Of a stretch of 64,000 nucleotides of DNA, positions 48,201 to 60,700 are shown piece by piece. Position 1 is the first letter of the stretch; every line of letters begins with the position of its first letter. Position numbers and translations under genes: made by a program. Origin of the DNA: an uncultured Ruminococcus sp. (GTDB lineage Bacteria; Bacillota; Clostridia; Oscillospirales; CAG-272); assembly GCA_964483225.1 (NCBI GenBank), contig CAZABU010000001.1, forward strand, positions 26,049-90,048, in the 5' to 3' direction. The notes under the pieces are model-generated. The model saw nothing but the letters and a program-made list of their open reading frames with translations. It was not told the origin of the DNA and searched no databases.

Positions 48201-51200
48201 TTGTCGCTGACGTTACGCTTTTCGCCAATGGTCATATTCAGGACGTCCTGAACGGTCTCGTCCTTCTGAAGACCTGCAACGCTGACTGTGGGCGACTGGT
48301 TCTTACCGTTATAGGTAGGAGTGATATCGCTGAAGGTCAGGGTCAGGGGAGCGGGCGTGATGGTGAAGGCATGAGACTTGTTGTCGAGGATGATGTAGTA
48401 GTTACTTGCTCTTTCGCCATGGAGAGCAGCTACTGCGCTGTAACCGCCGTCCTTCACGTTTATTGCATCGCCGCCGGTGACGGTAGCGTCAACGGTAACG
48501 TCGTCCTTGATTCCGCCCTTGGAGAAAATATCGTTTGCCACGATGGTGGGGGCAGGCATCTGAGACTGTCCGTTATATACGGTGGAGTCGAATGCCCAGG
48601 TGATGTGCAGGGGAGCCTGGTTGATAACGAAGTGCTGGGTTACGTTAGCTTCCTTGATAACGTAGTTTGCGCTGTGCTCACCGGAGAGGGTTGCAATAGC
48701 GTCGTAACCGTTAACGTCAACCGCATTTGCATCGCCGCCGTCAACAGTAGCAGATACGATGACGGTATCGGGCACGTCGTCTCTGCGGCAGATCTCTGCT
48801 GCTATCAGGGAGGGAACGGGCTTTTGTGCACTGCCGTTATAGATAGTGTTGTCGTAGCTCCATTCTACGGTAACAGCCTTGGGAGCTATGACGAACTTAG
48901 TGAAATGAGCAACGTGAGCGGTGTCTACGTAGTAGTCGTCGCTGCCGTCTACCGCAACGATACGGTAGTTGGTATTGCCCTTATCGTTAATGGTGGTGAG
49001 CGATACCTCTATCATACCGGTAGATCCGTCGGTGTACGAGCCGGCGTTGATCTGAGTGGTTACGGTGAGACCGAGGTCAGCAGTCGTATCGTTGCCCTTC
49101 AGTGCCGAGTGGCCGACCACGGGCTTCAGACCGCTTCCGCTGTAGATCTGCGTATTATTATTAAAGGTGAGAGTTATTTCTGCGGGGGTGATAATGAAAT
49201 TGGCAAAGGACTTGTTCGCTTCGGTGATTTCGTAGTTGGGGTTGCTCGTAGAAACCTCGATGGTATGAGTACCAACTACGGTAGCTGTGGTATAGCTGAG
49301 ACCAAGGTCTGCCAGATCGTCATTCTCGGGAATAAATACGGGGGTCGCCTCGGGGTTAAGAGCCGTGCTGGTGTATTCCTGCTCGGTCTTGATATTCCAG
49401 TCGAAGGACAGGGAATAGGGGGCGATGGTGAAGCTCTGGGTTACAGCAGTATTTACACCTTCGGTGTCATTGATGATCTTGTAGTTTGCACTCAGCTCGC
49501 CGGTGAGGCTGGCGGTGGACTGATGAGTTCCCGCAGGAACAAAGGTGGTAGGAACTACCGAAACGAGGCTTTCGTCAGCCGCGTATACGCCTGCGGTGAT
49601 GGAAACAGAAGGTGCCTGGGGATTGCTTGTGTAGGTATAGGAGCCTACGTTCCACTGAATGCTTACCTCTTTCTGATTAATGAGGTAGATTTTTGCTTCG
49701 TTTTCGGAGCTGATATAATACTTGGATCCGAGATCCTCGTTCAGTGCGATGCGCACGTTGTGAGAGCCTGCAGTTCTGACGGTGGGCTCAGTAAGTGTAT
49801 AGTAGCTACTGAAGTCGCCCGAGATATCATCATCGTAAACCTCGGCGCTATGGTCAAAGTCAACGAGAACCGCAAAATCGGAAGATTCGTAGGTGCGCTC
49901 AAAGGGCTTATCTCCGGCGGAGATTCCAAGCCAGGTAATGGGCAGCTCCTTCTTATTAACGGTGAGAGCGAAGGTCTGCTCAGAGGTGGACTCAAGGGTA
50001 GTAACCGCATCGTCGATGGAGTAGGCGGTGACCCTTACGGTGTAATTACCGGCCTCGGTCATCTTTACCTTAGTGATATCAAAATCAGAGGTAGAAACAC
50101 TGATATCCTGTCCGTCCTTGAACCACTGATAGCGCACATCGATCCTACTGTCGGGGGCGTTAGCCGAAGAGGAGAAGGCGATATTATCACCGTAGGTGAA
50201 GGTGTTGTTAACACCGTTGGTGGCGCAGGAGGTGATGGTGGGAGGAAGGAGAGTCCAGGTGGGGGTGATGGAGATATTCTCCTCGGCCTGGTCGGTAACG
50301 ACTGCGGTCAGGTCGGTCAGCGCGGTCTGGATATTGCTGTTGCCGAGAGCGTAGGACCAAGCGAGAGAGAAGCCGCTTCTGGGGTCGGCCTCGGCCAGCA
50401 GGGTGCCTGCGGTGGTCTTGGTAACGTAGCGGTAGCCGGACTCGCCGTTCTGATAACGGAAATCGTCCTCAAGCTCGTAGCTGCCGTCGTTGTCGGCCTT
50501 GACCTCGATACGGTAAATCTTCTCGAAGTTGAGGCAAACGTTATCCATATTCTCGGAAACGGTGGAGCCGACGAGGGAATTGCCCTTGCTGTCCTTGATA
50601 GCCGAGAGAACGTAACCGCCGTTTGCGGCATCGCGCTCATAGAGATCTGCAAGAACGGCCTCATCGGAGATGTCCGAATTCTTTATGTAATCAAGGGTAT
50701 TTGCGTAGTCGAGGGAGAACTTATCGCCTACCTTGCCGACCCACATAGGCATAAAGTTGCCTTCTGCGGCCTTAACGCTCTCTGCGGTGTAGGTGAAGGT
50801 GACGTAGACCTCGTCCTCCGCGATATCGGAGGGAGCGAAGTTCTCTGCAAAGGTGAGAAGAGCCTCGGAATTGTTATCGTCTGCCGCCGCCATAGCGTAG
50901 ACGGTGGAGGTCATCTCGTTGAGGGTCTCCTTGCTGGCCTTAACGCTGAGGGTGTCGGGAACGGAGAGGAGCTGCTCGGGATTTCTGAACTGTACGTCAG
51001 CGTCGCAAAGGAGCTCCACGGTGGTGATGTTGTCAAGGGCGAAGATAGCGCAGTCTACAGCGCCGACCTTGATACCGTTGAAGGTTTTCGGGACGGTAAC
51101 GACCTTGCCCTTACCCTTGAGGGTGCCGGTAGCAACGTAGAACTTCTCCTCCTCGTCGTAAACGAAGGTAACGGGACGGTCGGAGGTCTCAGATCCCTGG

Positions 51201-51712
51201 CCGAAGAAGCCGGAGCTGGTTATAAAGTAAACGTAGCCGCCGATGCTGACTACCAACAGCAGGATAGCGATGGTAGCACGGGTGCCGCGCTTGAAGCTGC
51301 CCGCTCTGACGCTACCGGAGATAACGGCGATCAGGTTAAGCAGGCTGACAAGCGCCCAAAGGCCGATGGCGAAGTAGGTCATTGCGCTTTCCTTGCCGAA
51401 GCCCATAAGCACAAGACCGAACATTACCGCGGTGATCGCAAACAGCAGCGAGTATATGATCGTATACCACAGGCTGTAAGAGAAGCGGAAGTTCGTATAT
51501 GCCGACAGAACGATAAATGCTACGCTCAGTATGCAGAACAGCATAGGGAACATAATATAAAGGAAGCTGATACCGTCTATCGCCAAAAGAATTATTAACA
51601 TCAGGTTTATCGCGAAGGATATCGCCGAGGCGATGAACAGCGCAACCTTGTGGTTGGCTATTCTATCTTCGGTCAAAGACCTGTTCTTTGATCCTTTTTT
51701 AGTTGTATTCAT
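45251..51712 (-). CDS. Giant membrane protein: 5 N-terminal TM helices, a BspA-type LRR-like segment, an Ig-like domain, and about 18 tandem MBG-like (YNG/YDG-type) repeats, 2153 aa
   Basis: The TM helices (about 51215..51649) have positive-inside loops (KKGSKNR, RAGSFKRGTR), which places the C-terminal ~1980 aa outside the cell. The repeat signature recurs about every 87 aa: (K/R)x(L/V)T(V/L)xW...TYNGxxQxP...G(D/E)...YTATA(S/T)L.G..A.NY. Confidence 0.
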   Translation of the reverse strand: MNTTKKGSKNRSLTEDRIANHKVALFIASAISFAINLMLIILLAIDGISFLYIMFPMLFCILSVAFIVLSAYTNFRFSYSLWYTIIYSLLFAITAVMFGLVLMGFGKESAMTYFAIGLWALVSLLNLIAVISGSVRAGSFKRGTRATIAILLLVVSIGGYVYFITSSGFFGQGSETSDRPVTFVYDEEEKFYVATGTLKGKGKVVTVPKTFNGIKVGAVDCAIFALDNITTVELLCDADVQFRNPEQLLSVPDTLSVKASKETLNEMTSTVYAMAAADDNNSEALLTFAENFAPSDIAEDEVYVTFTYTAESVKAAEGNFMPMWVGKVGDKFSLDYANTLDYIKNSDISDEAVLADLYERDAANGGYVLSAIKDSKGNSLVGSTVSENMDNVCLNFEKIYRIEVKADNDGSYELEDDFRYQNGESGYRYVTKTTAGTLLAEADPRSGFSLAWSYALGNSNIQTALTDLTAVVTDQAEENISITPTWTLLPPTITSCATNGVNNTFTYGDNIAFSSSANAPDSRIDVRYQWFKDGQDISVSTSDFDITKVKMTEAGNYTVRVTAYSIDDAVTTLESTSEQTFALTVNKKELPITWLGISAGDKPFERTYESSDFAVLVDFDHSAEVYDDDISGDFSSYYTLTEPTVRTAGSHNVRIALNEDLGSKYYISSENEAKIYLINQKEVSIQWNVGSYTYTSNPQAPSVSITAGVYAADESLVSVVPTTFVPAGTHQSTASLTGELSANYKIINDTEGVNTAVTQSFTIAPYSLSFDWNIKTEQEYTSTALNPEATPVFIPENDDLADLGLSYTTATVVGTHTIEVSTSNPNYEITEANKSFANFIITPAEITLTFNNNTQIYSGSGLKPVVGHSALKGNDTTADLGLTVTTQINAGSYTDGSTGMIEVSLTTINDKGNTNYRIVAVDGSDDYYVDTAHVAHFTKFVIAPKAVTVEWSYDNTIYNGSAQKPVPSLIAAEICRRDDVPDTVIVSATVDGGDANAVDVNGYDAIATLSGEHSANYVIKEANVTQHFVINQAPLHITWAFDSTVYNGQSQMPAPTIVANDIFSKGGIKDDVTVDATVTGGDAINVKDGGYSAVAALHGERASNYYIILDNKSHAFTITPAPLTLTFSDITPTYNGKNQSPTVSVAGLQKDETVQDVLNMTIGEKRNVSDNSAIKVSIKNTNYMLVADSTDTPSYSITSDKQTASFTNFKIQKLEIGVIWTTGETFTYNKKMQYPRAGVDNNVYSNDVDASKLALVIVGYTNAGTGYTATASLSGDYAGNYTLSGTTSDEYDISPKPVSLKWDTTKITQYKNAAQRPDVSFVSGAIISGDVVSVSCNAVSGEEIISAVNAGDYTARAVLSGAAAGNYVIDTEYLEKGYNIPKRTVVLAWDYTTLTYNGNPQLPTPRITSTVYDTALNSDALDISAVDRGYAGNYGTYTAKAALPVSFSANYVIDNTETTDFNIEKKTVYLEWTLPSDNALIYDGNDKTFNVTCNHSSGILDKDLSSVEINFTKPEAKNYGSYTYTASISGNDNYVLDSGSTTRTINVAKRTLSGTWQNADARTYTSYTIDAPTIVLSNMIDGDSLGDSVVLVNGTGKSAGDHRYKITITNSNYQIDSSIEYCTVTITPAVITNITLNTKTYNGYAQTPTVSDASGIQGSDNYSTLNLSFSNLQTNVNDRSITVTIGSGNYVFEGGAKTKTFDDKPYITAKNITVTLTNPTDLTYNGNSKAPEIGVSGLINDGTSYNLTITSGNATNGKAINAGAYEFKLEFTGNNVSNYNVTGATTTAFTITQKSVTMEWSNTSLTYNGDYQKPSAAINGKVTGDDVYFAVTVDGNAQGVINADNYTATASLAGNAASNYVISGSNTQDFEIGKKKVSASWSDTSVTFDATYRKPSATASGKVDGDDIYFTVTIDGSTEGKRHAGTYTATATLEGTAKDNYALYGSNTAVFKIHQKTLTVSWTVPSSLIYDGTSKNPTARVTGLVSGDGTTYSVAITSGNATDGKAINAGDYTFALVLDGENKDDYTITSGATKTYTITKQRVVADWNVSSGVDLSFESNPDGNQMCPIITKIRKEGTSTSVGNVNDVITLTIYRQNGTEWVTVATGSPSEIVCPPNVGTYKTEANLKGAYADNYDFPSGYYKLFTIYEDEVN

Positions 51713-54700
51713 AGCAGATATATTCTCCTGAAATTAAGTAAGGGGCTTATCGTCGGGGGACTTGGAAAATCCGCCTTCGTCCAACCAGAATTTGTGGAAG
51801 AGGAACTTCTTGTCGTCAAGAACGAACAGCAGCAGCTCATTGTCCTCGAAGCAGAGCTTCGTCTTTCTCGCGGCGGCCATACGCTTCTGAACGGGGAGCA
51901 GATTCTTATACTTCTTGTAGTTGATAAGAGCCAGCTTCTTGTCTGCGGCGTTGGGCTGAATTGCAGTAGCGCAGAGGTTACAGTACATATCTGCCTGCAG
52001 AGTTGTAACGTATCTGCCGCAGAGCGTACAGGGCTTGGAGGAGAGCTTGTCGGGAAGCACCAGCTTCATAGCCTGAGTGTCGAAGCGGAGGTTCGGCGTG
52101 TAGTGTATCGTACCCTCCTCGTCGGTGTAAAGAACCTCGGGATAGGAGCAATCGCGGCAGAAGTGCATTGTGCCGCTGCTGGTCTCCACGTCGATGAGGT
52201 AGCTCTTACAAAGGGTGCGGGAGCAGGTCTTGCCGCCTCTGGGAGTTCCGCAGTAGGAGCCCACGCTCATATAGTGGTTGGTGAAGTGGCCGCTACGCTG
52301 AATGATATCCATATCATCCTCGTCAAGGCCGAGGCCGAGAACGGAGGGATCGATAACGAAGGTGGTTCTTTCCTTGGTCTCGGGATCCTGAACGGTTACT
52401 CTGTTGCTGAGTATCAGATCGGAGTTTTCCTTACAGCCAAGGCAGGACATAACTACCTTGCCGTCGATACCGCCCACGATGCTGAAGAGCGCGGTGCCTG
52501 TACGCTTATCGTCTACGGTATAAGCGTATCTCTCCCAGTTCACGTGAGAGATACCGAGGATCTCCACCTGCTTACAGACGAGAACCTTGTTGTCGTTCTG
52601 TATTCTGGAGAGCAGGCTGCGCAGGCTGGTGTTGTCCGTTTCGTCAAACTTGAAGCAGTCTACCAGATGGTCGCCCAGCTTATCCTCGCCGATTATACGG
52701 GTCAGCTCACTGAACAGGAGGTTAAGGGTGTTGTTGGTTTCTGCAATATCAACGTTGAGTTGTTGCTCCTTGGAGCCGGAGTCATCCATGCTCTCAAGGC
52801 TTTCCTCGATCTTCTGCGCATCCTCCATCGCAAGAGGGAGCATACGGCGAGGGCCGTGCTGCTTGAAATACAGAGTGCCGAGGACGGGGATCTCCTTCTC
52901 ACCGCCGGTACCGATCTGCATACGGAGCGACAGACCGTAAATGTCATCAAAGCCTGCGCTTCCGCCCTGGGGAACGGTGAATTCCCAGTCCCTTATAGCA
53001 GGGAAGAAGGTCTGCATAATATTTTCCACGTAGCTCTTGTACTGCTCGTTGATGGCATCCTGCTCGCCGCTGTCGCTCTTTTTGGAGGAGCGTCTCTTGC
53101 AGGCCACGAGGAAGTACTTATCGTGGTATTTTCTCGACAGGTCGGTGAGGAATTCCTCCCAAAGATGCGCATTTGATGTGTCCGCATCGTCGAGGAAGCC
53201 TTCGGCCTTACGTCTGAAGGGAGCGAACCAGCTCGCACCGGTCTTTTCCATACGGAAGTCGGATTCCTTTGAGCGATCGTCGCTGCCGTCAGCATCAATA
53301 AATTCAAATTCATTGCCGCCACCGCTATGTATACAGCCGTACTCGTCTACGTAACAGCCGGGCATCTCGTCGCCGAGCAGTCCGGCACCGATTATAGACC
53401 GAGCGCTGTTAAAGGCGGCTTCATAATCTTTTCCTGAAACTCTAACTCTTGGCATTGTCTTTCCTCATTTCTTCGAACTACTCGTCTTCGTTCTGCTCGT
53501 CGAGGTCAAGGATGGTACTGATGTCCGAAACCTTGTTGGCCTCGTTGGCAAGGCTTCTGCAGAATGCAGCGTCGTCAAACTTGAACTCCCAAAGCGAACG
53601 GATATACGCAGGGAAGGTACGGGCAATTACGGGACGAAGCTTGCCGGCGCCGTCACAAACAGGACAGGGGGTCTCCCACTTGTCGTTGAATTTAAGAATG
53701 GCGGGCGTAGGATGACAGGTAGACTCGTAACAGCCGTTACACTTGGAAACCGCGCTTGCGGGGTCGTTCTTTCCGTCTGCAAGACGGCATCTGGGCGGGC
53801 ACTTATTCTTACAGAGCTGGCACGCTACCATAAGCTCGGTGGTGTCGACGTGGCCGCCTCTCATACGGCTGAGCTTCAGCGCGGCGCAGTTTTCGTATTC
53901 GCCGCCGGGCATAAACTTACGGCAGTGAGAAATCGCGCAGGCCTTGTCGCAGTACAGCGTCTTTCCGTCGGGGGTACTGCACATTACCTTCTTGCCCATT
54001 GACAGACACTCGTAGCCCTGGTCGGTACGCTCAAAGAGGATCGCACACTCGGGGTTGGAGCACTGGAAGTCAACGGTGCTTATCTCGGTCATCAGGGTGC
54101 CTGCGGGAGAATGCTTCCTACAGTCGGGGGTGGTGCTGCAGTAGAGCGTCATGTCGGCGCTGTTCTTTGCAAGCTCGGCGTCGTATTCCTCTCTGGGCAT
54201 AAGCTTGGAGTTCTGACAAACGTTACACCTGATGGTGACCATGTTGTTGTTATTGGATCCGGCGATGATGGTAGCATCTCCGGAGTTGGAGGCGAGAAGG
54301 CCGATTCTTGCGAAATACATAAGAACGTAGCCCTCAAGTGCCGTCATATCGGCAAGGGAGTAGATGGTAACGTCGTTTTTCTGACCCATACGGAACACAC
54401 GTCCGATACGCTGCTCCATCGCAACGGGGTCGGGAGTGATCTGGAAGTTGACGACGATGTTGGAGGCCTGAAGGTTAGTACCCTCGGTTACGGAAGCGTC
54501 CTTTGCAAGAAGGATAGCTCCCTCCTTCTGGTCGAACTCCTTATTTATGCTGATCTTGTTGGATTTTGTTGCACAGAGCAGGCGGCTCTTGAATTCGGGA
54601 ACGGCCGCAAGGGCTTCCTCTACTCTGTCGGTAACCTTATTTTTTCCGCGAAGATCGTAGTCGAAGAATATAAGCACACGAGAGTCTGCGTGTTCTCTGA

Positions 54701-57700
54701 GGATTCTCTTGAGATATTCCACCTTCGCATTGAATACGGACTCAAAATCAAATTTCGCCATAGGAGAGAAGATGGTATCTATATCCGCATCCAGGAAGGA
54801 CAGCTGGCTGATGAAGAACTTGGAAGCGTTAACTCGAGCGATGGAGCCGTTGTTGAAGACGGAGTCGTCTTCGTACTGTATGCCGAAGCCGTTCTGAAGC
54901 AGTTTGGTGAGGATATCACCTCTTCTTGACTTGAAGGTTTTCGCTCCGCGAGTATCTCTTGCAAACTCGTTGAGGCCGATGGGATCACCGTCCTGAGTAA
55001 GGAAGTTGCCGTAGAGATCGTCGAGCTTCGATACGTCAGCCACCAGACTGTCGCCGTCGGGATAGCAGTCCTTGAGATCTACGGTACCCGTAGTCTTCTT
55101 TGCGGGGAAGAAGAAGATGTTCTTTGCGGTTTTGGTATGAGAGCCAAGTCTTCTGTTTGCCGACTTGGGGTTTCTGATCATTATGGAACGCATAACGCCG
55201 TTGTGATATGCGTTCGCGACGTTCTTCTGTACAGCGTCACGGATATGGTGGTTTTCATCCTCGTGGAGGAAGCGGTTAATTATATCCACCTGCTGAGATT
55301 CGGCCAGAGTGAAGAAATCGGGAGCGGGCTTGCCGTCGTTTTCCATAGGATAGGTCTTTGTATGGTAAGCGACAAGCTGGTCTCTGTAGGGGGAGTTTTC
55401 CGCGCACATCTCGCCGATCTTGACACGGTTAATGAACTCAAGGACGTTCTTTGCACCGCGGCATATCTCGTTACGGTAGCAGGCGAGCTCGCGCTCATAC
55501 TTTGCGCTGTGATGTCCGGAGGCATCGTCACCGCCAACCAGGTTATCGTTAAAGTCGCTGGGGGTTCCGCCCTTACAACGGATGAAGTACCAGAGTCTGA
55601 ACATCTTCTCGAGGTCACCGGAGTGAGGAGTTGCGGAGAGAAGCAGACAATAGGGCTTGTTGTATTTTCTCTTGACCGCCATGAGCTTGGAAAGACGCAT
55701 CATGGAGCCGGAGAAATCATCGTCGTTTTTATCACAAAGGTGATGCGCCTCGTCGACTACTACTACGTCGTAAAGCACGTCGTTCATCGTAGAATCCCAA
55801 ACGAGGAAGTCCTCCATGGCAACGATGATAGGACGCTTGGGACAGCTTACGCCGTCCTTTTCGTACATCATATCCGTCCAAAGAGGCAGCTTCGCAGGGA
55901 TGCGCTTGCCGTTCTCGTCCTTCTTGTTCAGGTCGGGATACTGGAGCAGCACGTCCTTGCCAAGACCGAATTTGTTCTCAAGCACGTTTACCCATTCGCC
56001 AAGGACCTGACGGGGAACTATAACGAGCATAGAGTTGATGGCGCCTCTGGCGGCCAGCTCGGAAAGAACGGTGCAGGCCTCGAAGGTCTTACCGCTTCCG
56101 ACGACGTCGGCAAGAAGGCCGAAGCCGCGCAGCTTCTGGAGGAAGGCGTGGGCGGCGTTATACTGATGGTCTGCCACGACCTTGGTGTTATTGTTGCCGT
56201 GAACGTCGGGGTTGTAGGGGATACCGTAGGAATTATCGCCCTCGGCGCGGTACTGCGCCTGGTTTATCTTCATAGTGGCAAAGTCGTCGTATCTGTCAAG
56301 GGGCTTAACCGTCTCGTTCATCTTCTTGACCGTACGGGTGTAATTCTGCCAGGTCTTGGTTATACCGCTGACGTCGCTCGCGTTAAAGGCTCCGTCCGCG
56401 AATGTCAATTTGTATTCTGCCATATCTGTAGTTTCCTTTCTGCTCCGTCATTTAGCTGTTTACGGGCACGAACTTCTCTTCGGGACCAACGATGGTGAGG
56501 TCGCCTGCAAGAATACTGCCGGAGGGATTGTATCTGGATTCAACGCAGTTCACGCGAATTCTCTGCTGCTTACTGCTGCTGTGGACACCGTAGGTGGGAG
56601 AAATTGCGCCGTCCTCGTCAACGGAGATACCCTGGCTCACCGTGACCTTGACTCTGGTGGAGCCGCGCTCGTCGTACATCGCCGCCACCTCGTGGCCGTT
56701 GTACTGCGCGGAGATCGTTGCCTGATCGTCACCGACGACTGTTTCGAGGTGGATCAGATCCTTGACCGACTCGCGGAAGGGATCGCCCTGCTCCTCGCCG
56801 ATGCGCAGATATTTCTTTCCGTTCTTATCGACACGGATATCGAGCTTGTTACCGTTATAGGTGCCGGCCTTGATATCTCTGTGAGTAACCGTGGTGCTGT
56901 AAAGACGCTCGCCTTTGACCGTGCCTCCGAAGCCGTATTCAAGGGTGAAGGCGTTGCTTTTGTTGAGCACTCTGCCGCGGTCAACGAATATATCGAGGCA
57001 TCGAACGCCGTCACAGTTGACCCAGGTGCCGTAGGAGAGGGAGAGCACCGTTTTTACGTCGTCGTTATGGAGAGCAACCATCGCGCCGCCGACTGCGGAT
57101 GCATATGCCGAGTCCTCATAGGAGAGAATGGTGAAATCGTCACCCTCTTCTCTATTATCGTCGAAGGTAACGATCTTGAGTCCGGGGAACTCTGCGTGCA
57201 CCTTCTTTTCGATATACTCCTTGAGAGAATAGGTTTCGGACAGACCGCCGGAGATTATTACGTATCCGTGCTGGGCGCCGGCGTTGCGCTTTACCTCAAG
57301 GGCGTCGGAGGTGAGCCCGCTGTTAAGCGGCATCTTGAGCTCGCTTATTATGTAATCCGCGATCTGCTTTGCAACGCCGTCGTCGTTGGCGGTGCCGATA
57401 CAGTTACGCAGGTCGGTGTGAGAGAAGAGCTTCTGGATATATACCTCATAATGAATACCGACGGTAACACCGTTCGCAAAAACGCTGTCCGAGCCGGTGA
57501 AGCGGCTGAGAATGGTCTTGGCGTTCTTGACGTTTTTCATAAATTGGTACTGCTTGGAAACCAGCATATCCTCGTGGAAGTCGGAGTTCGCCTCCATACC
57601 TATCGGGTGACGGTCGGTGATATTGCCCTGTACGTGACCGGCGATGGCGTCGTCAATATTGACACCTCCGATAGAGAGGGGAGGCATATGGCCCTCGACA

Positions 57701-60700
57701 CCGTCGACCACCAGGCTGTTCTCGGGGGTGAGGGTAAGCTTGGCAACCGAGATCGCCTCCTCGCCCATATCGAAGATCACCAGATTGTCGCCCTTGCTGA
57801 TAACGTTTCTGTGCTTGGCGTACATACCCAGCGCCTTGGTGGAGCTGAGCACCTTGTAGGGCTCTGCGCCAAAGGTGCTTTTTATGAGCCTCGAGAGCTC
57901 TGCGATGAGGCTCTTGCGAACGTTGGCGGGGTGGACGAGAGATACTGTAAAACGCTCGTCAAAGGTGACCTTCTTTTCCTTTTCCATCGCCTTGATCTGG
58001 GAGCGGATCATCTTCTTAACGTGATCGAAGAAGCCCTCGCAAACGCTTTTGGGCGTACCGCCCTTCGCAATAAAGGTCTTGTCGGCGCGAATGGATTCTT
58101 CAAAGTTCTCCACAACGTTTACACGCTTGGGGAAATAGAATTTCGGGAAGTGGTTGCCCGTATAGAAATCCTTCGTTTCGTCCGATGAGAGGAAGGACAG
58201 CAGCTCCTTGATCTTTACAACGGTGGTGAAGGAGGAGCTATACTGATAGTCGACCTGCTCGCCGTAAAGCCAGGTTTCTTTCTCCTCGTCGTAATAGGCG
58301 AGAGCGGGGAACGCGATTCGCACCAGGGAATCGGCGACAGTAAACTTACCGTAATTTACCTTGCCGTTTGCTTCGTAAGCATATGCAACCTTCAGCGAGT
58401 CGCCGCCGAGGTCGAGTGCGATGTGGAGTTTGATGGCCATGGGGTTCTACCTTTCTGTATGTCGTTGTTCTGTTATTCTACCGCTAGGAAAAAGTATGCC
58501 GGGCGGTCACGCAGTATGTTAAATAAAACGCACGTTATTTATATTATAGCACTCGCAAATCTAAAAATCAAGACATTTGTATAATTTTGTCAAAAAATAT
58601 TAAACTAACGAAAATTAACCGTGAAAAAGCACCTTGGGTAGTGCCGGCGGAACTCAAGGCATGCTCGACAAAAAGAACGCGGTGTGGTGGCCGCTAAACT
58701 ATGGTATAAACGCCAAAAATGACAACTATTGTTGACAAAGAATGGGGCTTGTTTGCTATGTCGAGCACCGAACAATTCGATAAAAGCAAACTGAATAATG
58801 ATTAAAATGCCTCTTGCATAATCCTTGGGTTTGTGGTATAATAGTGTAAGAAAACGCCAAAACCGTCCTTCTTTGTGTCGGTCGCGCCTCGAAGCGCGTA
58901 TGATATTAGTGTGGGCTTTGGCTCATAGACCTTTCGAAATGTGCCCGCGCGCTGTTATGGTGCGACGTGGCCGGATATGACCTTGGAGTTAGTGATATTG
59001 ACTGCTTTATGCGTGGGTGGAGCCACTGCGCTCGGAGCATTTATAGGATATTTGTCAAAGGGCGTTTCCCGTGACCTTGGAGACGTGATAATGGCCTTTG
59101 CGGCGGGTGTGATGCTTGCCGCCGCGGTGGTGGGACTGATACTGCCGTCCTTTGATCAGGTGAGCGGCATATACGTTGCCGTACCGGTTGCAGGCATTTT
59201 CGCCGGGGGCGTTTGTATTGACCTGTTGGATAAGGCCGTTCCGTCGCTTGAACGGCTTATGGGCTGTGCGCCCGACGGCGGATCCGAGCGTTCAAAGGGC
59301 GTGACTCTTTTCGTTCTGGCGATAGCTGTGCACAATCTGCCGGAGGGGATAGCTGCGGGTGTGGGCTTCGGTACGGGTAACGTGTCGGATGCTCTGCTCA
59401 TTGCTGCGGGGATAGCCTTGCAGAATATTCCCGAGGGTATGGTGCTCGTATCGCCGATGATGTCCGTCGGGATGAAGCCGTCGAGGGCCTTGCTCGTGGC
59501 ATCATTGACGGGTGTTATAGAGGTGATCGGTACCTTCATCGGGTACTTTGCCGTTAGTGTTTCCGCAGCGCTGCTACCGCTTCTCCTCTCCTTTGCAGGC
59601 GGGACTATGCTATACGTTATAAGCGATGAAATGATACCGGAGATGCATACGGGGAGCACTAAAAGAAATGCCACTTACGCGCTGTTTGTTGGGTTCGCTT
59701 TTATGATGGTATTGGATAAAGTTTTAGGCTGATTTGACAAGTATAGTTTACAAAAACGGAAGATATGCGAGGTCGGAGGCTCGGCTTACACGCACCGACT
59801 TCGCTAAAAATAACAGGAGGAATGGGCTATGCCGCTTCAAATTATAAGGCAGGATATTACGAGGATCAGGTGCGATGCTGTTGTTAATCCAACCAACGAG
59901 CTGCTTGATCCGGGTGGCGGTACCGACGCCGCCATACACCGCGCGGCGGGACCCGGGCTTCTTGCCGCCTGCTCCTCTCTTGGCGGCTGTGAGATCGGGG
60001 AGGCAAAGCTGACGCCGGCCTTCGATCTTCCCTGTAAATACGTAATACATACTGTCGGGCCATTCTGGCAGGGCGGAGAGCATGGCGAGGAGGAGCAGCT
60101 GAAAAGGAGCTATCTTTCGTCATTGCAACTGGCCGCCGAGGTGGGCTGTGAGAGCGTAGCCCTGCCGCTGATATCATCGGGGACACACGGCTTCCCGAAG
60201 GAGCAGGTGCTTCGCCTGGCTACGCGCTTTGCTTCGGAGTTTTTGCTGGATCACGATATGCTCGTATATATTGTAGTGTATGACAAGGACTCTTATAGGA
60301 TAAGCAAGGAGCTGTTTTTAGGTGTCAGTTCTTTTATTGATGATAATTACGTAAGCGAATCTGACCGCTGCGAATTTGCACAGTTGGGACCGGAGAGACG
60401 GCGTCGGAGGGAGTCTTCTGTACGTAAGATCACCCGGGCCGACGGTTGCATCTCAATATCCGATAGCCTTGATTCTATGCTGGAGGATATGGACGCCGAC
60501 TTTGCCGAAATGCTCTTTGGGCTTATCGACAGAAGCGGAATGAGCGACGTCGAGTGCTATAAGCGGGCGAACGTGGATAAAAAGGTCTTTTCGAAAATCA
60601 AATGCAATAAGGGTTACCGCCCCTCGAAAAATACGGCGATCGCCTTTGCAATTGCTCTGAGGCTTGATATAGGTGACACGGAGGCGCTGCTGCGTACAGC